Shown here piece by piece: positions 51,334 to 64,000 of a stretch of 64,000 nucleotides of DNA (positions are counted from its first letter, which is position 1; each line of letters begins with the position of its first letter). Under the pieces are notes generated by a model. That model worked only from the letters and a program-made list of their open reading frames with translations, was not told where the DNA came from and ran no database searches. The position numbers and the translations under genes were made by a program. The DNA comes from a virus (Duplodnaviria; Heunggongvirae; Uroviricota; Caudoviricetes): IMG/VR virus record IMGVR_UViG_3300001528_000174, positions 64,001 to 128,000 of that record; one strand, given 5' to 3'.

Positions 51334-54300
51334 ATGGCTTGTAAAGAACTTATTAAAATAACAGGTACTGATAATATGGAAGCAGTACAGTCACTATTAG
51401 ATTTTTTAACAAGATTAGATTCTAAATAGTGGAAAAATTTAAAAAATGATGATGCTAAATTAATGAAAGTTATATCTAAGTCAGTGTACTTACCCGAAGA
51501 GGGTAAGGCACTTACTTAGGATGATGTAATTCATTTAAAAGCAGTGCAACAACAGATAAATCTGTTAGCTAATAAATTTGAAAATATTAAAGGTGATGAT
51601 TTAAATAAATTATTAAAAATATTTGAACCATCAGCTACTACATAGGATGAATCTATTAATCAAGAATAGACTATAGATACAGCTACACAATAGATATTAG
51701 ATGCAATTAAAGCTCAACAAGAAGAATTAGTAGTTACTAATAAAGAACTTCTTGATATGGCTTATGTAAATAATAAAGGATATGATAGATTAAGAAAATT
51801 CGATTTAACTAGAAATGTAATTAATTCAGTATTTGTAGCTAAAAATGGATATGAATTAAATTCTAGCGAATGGGATATAAATAATAATATAGCCAAGCTA
51901 AAAAATACATGGCTTAATATTATTAGTTCTTATTTGGGTATGGATGTTGAAAATATGTATACTCAAATGAACGGGATATTAAAATATAACTATAAAGCAG
52001 ATGATATTATAGAAGCTTTTAAACATAAAATATACAATCATGAGTTTAATACTTCATTAACTTCTGATATAGACTATAGAAATGCTATAGCTGCATTTTT
52101 TAATCTTATAAATTTTGATGAAGATATTAAAGAAATTATCGGTAAAGATTTAAAAGTAATTGGCAACTCTAATCATAGTTTTGGTAATAAAAATATGCCT
52201 TATGTTTTAAAAGGAGAATCATCATTACGTAAGAGTTGGTCTGACAATGAGCTGATAAATGGACTTACTAATATATCTTAGATGTCTAAATCTTTATTTA
52301 AAGTTATTCCATATATCAGTCAAAATGGAAAAGATGAATCTCAATTTATTGATGATATATCAGCTATTACTGCTTTTAGTCATTTAAGACAGGAATTATC
52401 TAATACTAATAATATATATCTTACTCAATTAAAGCAACGCGCTTAGGTTTTTAGAGAAAATCCTAATAAATTGTTATATGATATATTTAATAATCCTCAT
52501 ATTGAAGATATTATAGGAACCTTTGAATAGAGAGAGTAGGATATATTGCATTCTATTAAATAGTGGGGATTTTCTGATAATGGTTTATATAAAAAGCAAT
52601 TAGGAAATACTACTCATAAAGCTACAATATTAGATTGTATTGTAACTTCAATGATTTCATTAGACCCTATGAATTACCAACAAGTTTATATAGTAAACGA
52701 AGGTAATAAAATTACTTCTAGAGTATCATTAAAAGATAAGTTTAATTATAATAGGGAAGCCTTAAATACTACTGAAACTATTAATAATTAGAATGATGAT
52801 GCTACTTCTATGGACAATTCTATGGTAGTTCATAATAATTCTGGTAAATTAGATTACATAAATCCAGCGGGAGTTGCTGTACCTAATACTTATCAAATTA
52901 GACATGGTAATCTATTAATAGTTGTAGGACCTAATACTAGAAAAACCAATCTTCAAGGGGTATTATCTACTAATCCTAGTAATTTAGATATATACGTATT
53001 TAAATTAAATGGAAATACCTTAGAAAATGTTACTGGTCAGTATATAGGAGGAGATTTTAATGAGGGAGCTATAATTGATGGAAAAATTGATTCTAGATTC
53101 ATTGATATGTTTTCTTTTATAGAAGATTCTTTAGGTCTAAATACAGTATCTGCTGAGCAGTTATAGAAACAATATACCTAGATGTAGAAATTATTTGGAC
53201 ATGGTATATATAATGGATTTACTGGAATGTTAGTAACAGCCATTAGAAATGAAATAGCTAAACATCTTGTAGGATACTATCACGACTTTGTAGAAAATTA
53301 TCCATAGGCAGCAGTTTCACAATTATCTATAGCTAATTTTTATGATTCAAGTATTAATACTTTATTACCAGATACTTATAGCAATATAAATTTAAAAGCT
53401 GTACGAGGTTCTATTGCTAGACCAGGAGAAACTGGGACAGAATTTAGAGTAGCAAATGCCTATATTGATAATTGGTTGTTTGCTTTTGGATAGTCTAAAA
53501 AAATAGTAGAAGGTACTAATATTTCTGCTGTAACCTCTAATTCGGAAGGTTCTAAAATACCTAATTATAGACAATATTCTATTGGAAATAATATTTAGGA
53601 ATTATTAAGAGAACAAGTTAATTCAGAAAATAATTATAGAGGTCAAGAAGTAAGAACTAGTGCATCTTCACAATTATTATTTGTTGATAATCTAACTCAT
53701 GGTACTAATTTAGTTATGGATGGGAGATTAGACCTAGAAGCTGTTGATATGTATGGTAAATCAAAGCAATTAAAAAATATGAGTTCAGCGGAGCTAGCTT
53801 ATCATGGTATTATAGATAACTTTTTTACTCATTTGTTTGATGAATCTAATCCATATGTAACTATAAAACCAGCAGATTATTCTGATAAAACTTCTGATTT
53901 TGTATATTCTATAAGAACTAATGTAAATGTTGCAAATATTGGAGTATCTTTAAATAAAGCTACCAGAGAAGATATACAAAAATCATATATATTATCTATA
54001 GGGTAGTTTTATAAACGTTCTTTAAATAATACTTTATATGATTTAACTAGAGCAATTAATCGTTAGAAATTTCCTTCGTATCCTTTAACTACAGAAGCTA
54101 ATACTACAATAGGATGGGGAGAAGATGGGTTATATCATATAGGATATAATATGACTGAAGATCAGTTACTAGAAGCCAGTAAAATATTTGATAATTGGAC
54201 TACAACAGTTCCAACAAATTCTACTATATAGATTGACGGTAATACCTTCACAACATCTACTTTATTAAGCATGAATCCTGATGATGTATTATATTAGAAT

Positions 54301-57300
54301 ACTGCGGGAGAAGATGTAACTGTTTCAGAAGTACTAGCACAAACTGAAAAAGGATTAAAAGAATCAGATTTAATTAAAATGGCTCAAGATGCTGGAATTT
54401 CTTTATACGCTAATATTAATTATATTAAAACTAAAGGAAAAATTAATTTAAGTCCTTTAGCAGTTTATTTAGGAAGTTAGCAATTTAAACCAGATTAGTT
54501 TACTAGAAGATGGCAAATGGAACAAGCTAGTTTCTTAGATACTTTATTAAAGAAAGGATTTAAAATTAGACTTACTTAGACAATTAATATAGACCCTGAA
54601 GGAGATTTGCCTCCTATAACTAAATCTTTACCAGCGTAGGGATTAGTAACTAAATTCTTTTAGAATTCTAATTTAAAATCTTGGAGGGAATATACAGACT
54701 CTGAAGGTAATACTAAAGAATGGAATTTAGGACAATGGATAAAGGGAGACTATCTAGTCTTAGGTAAAGCTATTGACAAAGACGGAAAAAGTACTGATTT
54801 ATTATTTGATGCATAGTTGCCTAAAAATGCTAGTAAAGTAATTATGAATCCTATGTTGGAATACTTCTTTAATGTAGACAATTTATTGTCTGGTAATATG
54901 AGATATACAATATTAGGTACTGAATTATCTGATCCATTAAAGTTTAAGGATTATAATTCAGTTAAAGGAGCTTTAATTAATACTTTAACTCAACAAATAA
55001 ATTAGACTTCTGATGTTAATGAGCAATAGCGTTTACAGAATATAAAATCTTAGGCAATGTCTATAGATTTTGAAAAGGAGTCTATTCAAAATATGGAGTT
55101 CTTAGCAGAAAATGCTCCTATGTTATTTCATGCGGAAGAAGCTAACTTATGGAATACTAGTAATAAGCGTGCTAATATAGTTTCTGCTACTATGATACCT
55201 TTTACTTTAGGAACATAGCAAGGAATTAATAAAAATATAAATGCAACGACAATCGAAGATATTTCAGCATTTGTTTGGAATTTTAAAGGATAGAAGGATA
55301 GTCCAATAGATGCTATGGATGGTTCTACTTTTATAAATCCTATACAAGCAGTATTTGAGTCTTGGTCTTTAGGAGGGCAAACAATAGGAATGGACAAAAA
55401 GACTATTGGTCATGCTTATGATAATAGAACAGGAGCTGTAACTTTATGGAAACACGCTACTTATGCTATGACTAATGAAAGAATGAGGATGTCTTCTAAT
55501 TCTGAAATAAATCTTACTAATATGTTTAAAAAGATGTCATCAATGAAATTTGGACATATTGTCGATAACAATGGAATAGATTTGAATCTAGTTACTGGCA
55601 GAGGTATGACCTTTAATAATTTATATTATGAATCTGGACCTAATCAATTTAGAAAGATTTATTCTTTAAATTATGATGAATCAAATAACTTATATTATAC
55701 TAAAGAGTTTGATGTAGATATAAATGGTCACAAAATTAATGATACCTTACATATTGAATATTAGGTATTTGATTCTGATACTTAGGAAAAATTAACACCT
55801 GAAGAATTTAATAATAGAAATGGTGAAGGAGTTGAAACTATAAATTCTGTTTATGAATTACATAGAGCATTAGGTGGGATTTATAGTAAAGAATTAACTC
55901 TTGATACGAATACTTTAATTGATTCTGAAGGTTCTAATTTAGCTACTGCATAGGTTTTAAATAATGCTACTTACATAGGTTAGAATGGAGATTTTGTTCA
56001 ACCTTATAAAGTAAAAATGATTCATTACTTAGCTAATAAATCAGGTTCTAAGAGAGCTCAGGGGAATATAAATTCTAAAGCTAAATGGTTTAATAATGAA
56101 CCTTTGACTTATGTTCCTATGACTATGATGCATTATGGAGTACAGCTTGATGCTGACCATGAAAAAGATGCAGGAGAAATTACTCAACCTACACAAGCTA
56201 TAACAGCGTTAGAGTAGGGAGGAAATTTACATAATTTGTCTAAACGAGTTTATTATGAATTAGGACAATTAGCAATGGAAACTTGTAAATTAGAGTTAGA
56301 TACTGCTAATAAATTCCTTGAAGCATATAATTAGGGTAAATAGTTAACTCCCTCAGAAGTATAGGAAATTACTGAAAATATTGGATAGTTAGTTGCCGCT
56401 AGTTACTCTCAATAGAGTGATGCTGAATTGGGGGATATTATTTTACAAGGTATTTCTAAAGTATTAAAGTCTAATAATGAAGAATTAAAATAGAATTTTT
56501 CTATTCCTTTTAGTGATGCTACCTTATATGGTAGTTTGTTACCATCTATTGCTACAGTTATTAATAATAAGGGAATTAAAGGTAAATATAAAGGATTAGC
56601 CTTAGTATTAACTCCAGGATTTAAATATATACAAACTTTTAAATATGGAGGAGAAACTCATATGGCATCTGATGTATATAATGATGCTTTAGAGGCTATG
56701 AATAATGGTACTTTTAATCCGCTGAATTACCGTCCAGCGATTAATGGAAAAAATAAAAGTGTATTATTATCTAGTACCTAGGAAGGAAGAACTTCTCAAA
56801 TTACAGACAAAAACTTATAGGTATTACCATTATCTTCGGACTACCAAGTTAGAAAGTAGCAAATAATAGATTGCTATTTGTTATACTAGCAATAGTTAGA
56901 AGAAGCTAAGGGTAATATAAAATATGAAGAATTTGTACCTTCTGATGTAGTGGATATTGTCTATCAAGTTAAAGGAGTAAATTATAGAACTCATTTATCT
57001 TTAGATAATATTGATACGTACTATGATTTTATTGATGCTAATACTAATAGTACTTTAAAAGAATATTTATTAAATCAAGGGGTTTTAATTGACCCCAACT
57101 CTGAAATAGTTTCATTGCATCAAGATGTAATGCATGGAAGAGACTTAGCTCCAGAGCGTATTACATTTGATTATGGTACTACAAATCCTGACGGCACTTT
57201 CAATAAAATAGGACATACTAATATATTCTTAATAGATGGTATTAGAAATAATAGAAAAAATTCTAATATACGTAGAGATTCCTATTAGAAAATTTTAAAT

Positions 57301-60300
57301 GATTTACATAAAGGAATAGTAACTATTAATGGTCAATCATATATAATACAAAATAAACAATTATAGGCTGCTGAAAATGTAATGCCTAACATATACAGTA
57401 AAATATTTGGAGTTGATAATTTATCATTAATAGAAGCTAGAAAGTTATTACAGACTAAAATTGGAAAAGCTGAATATTACCAACCTAAAGCTTTTAAAGG
57501 TAACTATGATTTAGCTTTTACTACTGGAAATAATAAACACACATATATAAGTTTTTCAGAGCCTAACATAAAAAATGATTAGGATGTATTCTATAGAGAG
57601 AAGGATATTTCTAATAATATAATAGCTAAAAAAGAAGGAGAATTAACTTGGTTATATAGAGTATCTAGAGATAAGTAGTTACTTTATAAAGTAGGTCTTC
57701 GTACAAGTGAGGGAGATTTATATGTAGTAAAAGAGTATGGAGTTACTCAATAGAAAGGTTAGGGAGGAACTGATAAATACAATTACTATTATATCGATAT
57801 TAATAATTTAAGAAAGGCTGGTATAAACGATTAGGAAATATCTAGTATAATTAATGATATTTATAATTAGAAATTTTATTTAGGAGTTGAAATAAGTGAT
57901 TCTTAGAGAAATTCTTAGAAAGAAATTGATTTAATAACCGATTCTTTTAAAGAAGCTAATCTTAAATAGTTTATTAACAATCAGTTTTCATTAGTTGGGG
58001 ATGTTCTAGAAGATGCTAGAAATGAGTACTACTAGAATAAACAAAAATATTTAATGTCCTCTTTTGAAAAAACTTTAGATACTGTAGCAGACCGTATCCC
58101 TACTGCTTCTTTACAATCTTTTATGAAGATGAGAACTGTAGGATTTACTTAGATTAATAATAATAGAATTTATGTCTCTCATTTTTAGGCATGGCTTCAA
58201 GGAGCTGACTATGATATAGATAAAGCCTACGTAATGGGCTTTAATTTTGATGATAATGGACAGTTTATTGGATGGAGTAATTTATTTGATTATTCTTCTA
58301 ATGAAGCTCTTGAATCATCTTGTTCATTACCTGTCCCTAGAAATTCTAAATGGGTAAAATCTAATAATGGAATAAATATTGAAAGATATGCTAATGAAGC
58401 ATAGCAAGCATATAATTCAGATAATATTATTCTAAGAAATACTCTTATAAACAAAATATTAGATAGTATAGAATATACTCCCGGAAGTACTATTGAAATT
58501 AACTATTCTAGTCCTATATTAGACTAGTTAATTAATGATATTAATAATCACGAAAGTACTAAATTATCTGGAGATAATAAAATATTAGCTTTCCAAAATG
58601 CAGTATCTTGGACAACTCAAGCTATTGTAAATGATGAAAGAAATTTATTAGATTCCTATAGTCCTACCAATGTAGAAGGAATGAAATAGGTAGTTAAAGA
58701 TAAAAAGCTTGCTAGTGATAGTAGTACCTATACATAGTGGAATCCTGCTACTAAGTGGGTATTATAGGAGGAAAATTTAATTGGTAAAAATGTAATTTCT
58801 GTGGCAGCTAATGCTGAAAAAGTATATTTTAGTTTGTTACATTATTATAACGAGATAGTAAGACACCCTGAAAAGTATAATAAAGATTTATATACTTTTG
58901 CTAAGTCTTTTGAAGGGGTGTTTACAAATGCTGACGGTACTCCAATTATAAAAGAAACTATTGGAGGTATTAATTTTAATAATGATAGTAAATTAAATAA
59001 ATTATCTATTTTACTACTTAGTTCTAACTCTGAGCTAAATAATATTAAAGATTCTCTTATTTAGGAATTATATTAGGGTAATACTACAGAATATGAACAA
59101 GATTTTATAAATGCTTATAAAAATAATGAATATTCTGAGAAATTATAGACTTTATTAAATAATATAGATGTTAAATTAAGCGAGAATGAAGCTAGATATA
59201 TGCCTTTGATGTAGTCATTAATTAATAATTCTACAGATCCTTCTGATTTAATTTCTCAATTACTTAACTCAGCGACGGATTAACATATAAAATATTCTTT
59301 GATGATACAAATATTTGTATAAACTAAAAGTAGTTAATAATTTAATATATAAGCTATGAATAAAATTTCAGAAGAAACTATTTTAAAAATCAAAGAATTA
59401 CATGACAAGGGATTAAGTAATTTAAAAATTGCACAAGAATTAAATATTAGTAATGGTACTGTCAGTAAGTACTTAAAAGATAGATTTGGAATAATTAAAA
59501 AGAAGTGTGTAAAACAAATAGATTTTGATAAGTTTAAAGAACTATGGAATAATGGGAAATCTGATAAAGAGATTGCAGATTTTTTTGGAGTAAAAGAAGT
59601 AACTGTTAAAACTTATAGAACTCGTGGAGAAAATGCAGGAAAATTTAATAAAATTGTGAATTTTTCTCAAGAAGAGCATTCTTTATCAGAAATACAAGAT
59701 CAATTTATTAGAGGTTCTCTATTAGGAGATTTAAATTTATCAAAACCAACAGGTAGTCATGGTAAAAATTCCAGATTAGCTTTAGTACATAGTAAAAAGC
59801 AAGAAGAACTGTTTATGGCTAAAGTGAAAATATTAGAAAATTTTATGGGAAGTTATAAATTACAAACTCCTCCACCTGATAAACGTACAGGTAAAGTTTA
59901 TGAAACTTGGAGAGGAAATTCTAAGGCTCATAAAGTATTTACCGATATATACAACGAGTTATATGTTGATGGAATAAAACATTTATCTAAAGAATTTTTA
60001 AACACTGTTGTTCATCCTATAGCATTAGCATATTGGTTTATGGATGATGGCACTTTTAAAGGTACTTTGGCTACACATTGTTTTACTTATGAAGAAAATG
60101 AATTATTACTAAATTGGATGGATGAAAAATGGGAAGTATGCTGTACTATACAGAAAGAATTATCTAAATATAAATTATATATAAAAACTGAATCTAGATT
60201 TCTTTTTGAGAAAATTATTTTTCCTTATATGATTCCTTCTATGTATTACAAATTAAAATTTCTTGAACAATTACAAGCAGAGTCCGTTTAAAACTCGGTG

Positions 60301-62728
60301 AACTCAGGGAAACTCCTACGTTAGAGGACAATCCTGAGCCAAGCCTAGAATAACTCTAGGAAGGTGCAACGACTATCGAAAGACAATAATGAATCAAGTA
60401 GAGTAGGAATGATTATTCCGAAGCGCCGAGTGTTCTTTTTTAAAGAATAATGATATAGTCTAAATCTTATAGTAATATAGGATATGATTGAATGCGAAAG
60501 AGCTCATTTTGAATAAAATAAATGCAGGAATGAACTTAGCTGGAGTACATGGCTATTTAATGATAATGGGATTTTCATTGGATTAGATTGTAGATTTAAT
60601 GACTTCTCCAGTAGTACGACTTATAGATAGATTAAGTAAATCTGATATGTTCTCGGATATGGGAATTAGAAGTAATAGCGTCTAGAAAGTACTAGATTAG
60701 TTAATTTCTAATAATCCAGAAAAACAGAAAGACTGGTTTAAATATATTTTAGACCCGACATCTATTAATAAATATGACCCAGGTTAGGAAACTATTGTAG
60801 GACAAACTTTATTAGATTTATTAAATAATACTTCTATTACTATGGAAGATGGTGCTACTACATTTAGTTTAATAGATGGCATTTATGTGGAAACTTTTGA
60901 TAATCCTATGAGTGGTGAGAGCACAACTAAAACTTATAAAAGATTAAGAGATATTCCAAAGTAGTTTTAGGAAGATGTAGAATTAGGATTGCGACAAAAG
61001 TATAATGAAGTATTCTTAAATAAATTAAAAGGTTTTAAATCAGTACATAGAGGAGCTAGAGAGACTACAGCAGCTGCACAATTATTATTTAGTATGAATC
61101 AAGGTATTCGTACTCAACAAAATGAATAGTTAGCTTTTGAAAATCGTTTTAATAATTTTATAAAAGGATTCGATGAAATTCTTCCTAGTATTGATGATAT
61201 TAAAAAATTACAAGAAAAATACTCAGGAAAACTATTACCTAGTGCTTTAAATGAGCAAGGTACAGATTTAGCAGTAGATTTAGAAGCATTATTTAACAAA
61301 GTAAAAGAAATACATCCTAACTATTCTAATAACTATATTTATAGTATAGTAGCGCAAAGTATTCAAGCAGGAATATACAAAAACTTTAGTTTCTATGAAT
61401 ACATGAAAAATACTCCTATACGAGTACAGGAGTTAGATGGAACTATCCGAAATACTAATTATAGAACTTTAGCCACAGAGTACTATAATTTAATAAAAGA
61501 TTCTATAAATATATTAGATGTTATAAATCATTCTGATTAGTACAATGTTTATTTAGAATTACAAAAAGCTGCTACTATAAGTACTGATATAGTCTCTTAG
61601 AAGAGTTAGTTAGTTAGAAAATTCTATGAGATACTTCGTAGGGATAGAGGCTATATAGACTCCAAAAAATTAAATCAAATATAGAGTTATATTGATTAGG
61701 CTTATATTCAATAGTATTTAACTAATATCAGATTAAAAGTAGAAAATGGAACAATACCATTTTCATTTCCATTATAGTCTGGTCAAAAGTTATTAAAAGA
61801 TAGTAGACCTGTAAAAGTAATTTCTAACACTGAAGTTACTATGGATAGTCGTGATAACATTGCTACATTTAAATATTGGTTTCATAAATATCTAATTCCT
61901 TCTTTAAAAAAAGGTTCTTACTGGGATGGTGAAAAAATGTAGGAATTTTCTGAAAATAGATTTATTAATGGTTTATTAGTAAAAAAAGACCATGGAGTTC
62001 CTTCGTTATCTTTAGATATTGATATGTTAAATATTAGTAAATCTAGAGAATCTACATTACGATATGCTGCTTATGAGGAAGACTTTAATAAACTTATTAA
62101 TTATAAAATAGGTTAGTTTAATTTATAGGATATATTTATGATTTATAATTTATTTGTAAATTAGAATAAATATGGATATAATAGATTAACTACTTTATTT
62201 TAGAGCAAGTTATTAGAGGATGTGCATAATATTGGTAATCCTTAGTATATGTATAGTGCTTTAATGCAATGGTATCAACATCTAGGACAGGCTGATAAAA
62301 ATAATATTTAGCAAACTATAGATACTAAAGATTTACCTATTGAAGAGGCTATAAATGCTTTAGGAGTTACTTTGGAAGGATTTGATATATACTCGGCTCC
62401 TTATGTAGAATCTCTTACATAGGCAGGTAATAATAGAATGGTACGTATAAAAGATACTAGAAATACTCCTACAAATGGACTAATAATGTTATATGATACT
62501 AAAAATCATAAGTTTGTAGACGCTTTATCAAAAATGTCTGAAGGTAAAGATAATCAGAGAGAGCTAATAGAACGATTAAAAATAAATAAAGAATATTATC
62601 CTATAAATATAGATTTACAAGAACAGATTAATAAATTAGAATAGATGTTTAAAGATATTGTTTCAGGAGGCTCTAGCCTATACGATATGACAGTATCTGG
62701 TAAAGTAAAAATTAGAGTTAATTGCTAA
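51334..62728 (+). CDS. Virion-associated two-barrel RNA polymerase (beta/beta'-like fusion), spliced, about 3394 aa
   Basis: Exons 51334-59280 and 60491-62728; catalytic WLQGADYDIDK (58195-58224), DRIPT, AMDGSTFINP, DKK..KHA, HYGVQLDADH; junction SATD|NAKEL. Confidence 0.88.
59281..60490 (+). mobile_element. Group I intron in the RNAP gene, HEG in P1 loop
   Basis: P1 acggaU (59275-59280) pairs with Guccgu (60282-60287); P3 ctcggtg/cgccgag; P7 gacta/tagtc; terminal G at 60490. Confidence 0.88.
59356..60291 (+). CDS. Intron-encoded LAGLIDADG homing endonuclease with two N-terminal HTH domains
   Basis: FIRGSLLGD and LAYWFMDDG motifs; HTH-like GLSNLKIAQELNISNGTVSKYL and GKSDKEIADFFGVKEVTV. Confidence 0.85.
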   Translation: MNKISEETILKIKELHDKGLSNLKIAQELNISNGTVSKYLKDRFGIIKKKCVKQIDFDKFKELWNNGKSDKEIADFFGVKEVTVKTYRTRGENAGKFNKIVNFSQEEHSLSEIQDQFIRGSLLGDLNLSKPTGSHGKNSRLALVHSKKQEELFMAKVKILENFMGSYKLQTPPPDKRTGKVYETWRGNSKAHKVFTDIYNELYVDGIKHLSKEFLNTVVHPIALAYWFMDDGTFKGTLATHCFTYEENELLLNWMDEKWEVCCTIQKELSKYKLYIKTESRFLFEKIIFPYMIPSMYYKLKFLEQLQAESV

Positions 62729-63999
62729 TGAGTTGTACTATTACACTAAATATTGGCAATAATAAAATCACTTTGGACGGAATAGAGGAAAATTCCGTCC
62801 AAAGTTTTTATGATTATTCCAATCTTATAGAAGAAATAAATAAACAAGAAAAAACAGAGGATTTTATTAAAGCTATACGACAAGTAGGAATAAATGAATC
62901 TTCCTTATATGTAAATAAAGATATGTAGGGATTGTAGGATAGCAAACAGTTCTTTTTACCTAATATGACTTATAAAGAATTTAGGTCTAAATTTCCTACT
63001 GCACCCGAATTAGATAACATAAATATATTATATGTAGATAATTTAAAAGTAAATGGTACTGATACTTCTTTAGTGTATACTACTAAAGATACTTAGGGGA
63101 ATAATTTATATATAGTGCAAAAAGGTGGAGAGCAATTATTTATTAATTATTTAAATAAAGTATAGGCTATATAGAATAATGAAATTCCTAGTAATTTTAT
63201 AAATTTTATAAAAGAACTAGAACAATCTGACGAGTCTTGGTTAAGGAAGTTTTCTTCTTATTCATTTAATTAGTCTTCTAGTAAAAAAGCTAGAGAAGGA
63301 TATGAAGGAAGTACTAAAACAGCTAAAGAAGTTCTTATTAAATATTTACAAGACCCAGAAAGCTTTTATAAGTATTTACTATCTGGAAAAAATGCTAATT
63401 TTAAGCAAAACGTTGAACGAGTTAGAAAAATAAAAGAAGCTCTAAATTCTTTAAATAATTATGATGCTCCTAGAAACTATGGAACTCCGTTTGCTAACGC
63501 CTTAATGATGCATACTACGTATAAGAAATTTAATGGTAATATGTATAGAACAATTTCTTTATAGTAGTTAAAAACTCTAACCAAATAGGCTTCTCCTGAG
63601 TTATATGAAAGATATTTTTCTAAAGATAACCCTGATCCTAATACCATACAAACTAAAGTAAATTTAGTATTGCGTCAATTATTTTGGCATACTGACGGTT
63701 AGGAGAATCTAAGTACTAAGGGTGTACAAGTAGAAGCTATTTATAATGGTAATATATATTTAAATGTTTAGGCTCCAACTTTTGAAACTAAATATGGATA
63801 TACTATAAAGACTCAAAAAGCATATCCTCATCAAGAATAGGAATACAAAGGATATAATATATATTCAGCAGTAGTAAATGGTAATACTAAATTTATGGTT
63901 GCTAAAGGGATATTCACTGATTAGAATATTGGAAAAACTTATGATAGTTTATAGCAAGCAAGAGATTTTATCGATAAATCCTTTAAAGAGGATATTCTA
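62728..63999 (+). CDS. Next giant virion protein (3'-truncated by the window)
   Basis: TAATG overlap; MSCTITLNIG...; frame open with TAG=Gln to the window end. Confidence 0.75.
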
Positions 64000-64000
64000 A

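Noticed and set aside
1608-61299. All minus-strand ORFs in the track (e.g. 20289-20732, 6376-6693, 55128-55397)
   Set aside because: Antisense shadows of well-supported + strand genes, with no recognisable motifs or start contexts
889-62928. Many short + strand ORFs that look like pseudogene fragments
   Set aside because: They share frames and are separated only by TAG; they are intact genes under code 15
1-64000. tRNA (including amber suppressor), rRNA, CRISPR array, integrase
   Set aside because: None recognised by eye; tRNAscan-SE/ARAGORN would be needed to exclude a tRNA formally, but there is little intergenic room

Overview
A single-strand (+) late/virion gene block of a crAss-like bacteriophage (Crassvirales; Bacteroidota-type AATTATG start contexts with no Shine-Dalgarno; gene style most like the delta/Suoliviridae lineage, which is inference). 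The supplied ORF track is fragmented because the phage reads TAG as Gln (translation table 15). With TAG read through, the fragments join into long in-frame genes ending in TAA/TGA, often coupled by TAATG/ATGA overlaps. Order: tail-fibre genes, a conserved three-gene module, a DUF5675 protein, an acidic scaffold-like protein, the major capsid protein split into 5 exons by 4 group I introns (two carry GIY-YIG homing endonucleases), capsid accessory, ring and muzzle genes, internal cargo proteins, a DUF192 protein, then giant ejected proteins including an SF1-helicase-domain protein and the virion RNA polymerase (DYDID motif; a fifth group I intron with a LAGLIDADG endonuclease). Most unusual: (i) consecutive giant, Cys-poor proteins each end in a Cys while the next has Cys as residue 3, suggesting a head-to-tail linked ejection chain; (ii) a recurring K-F-Q-x-G-G-type motif across the cargo proteins; (iii) a group I intron whose guide sequence implies an A-U instead of the canonical U-G 5' splice pair. 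All coordinates and counts were derived by hand, and family names rest on recalled motifs, not database searches.
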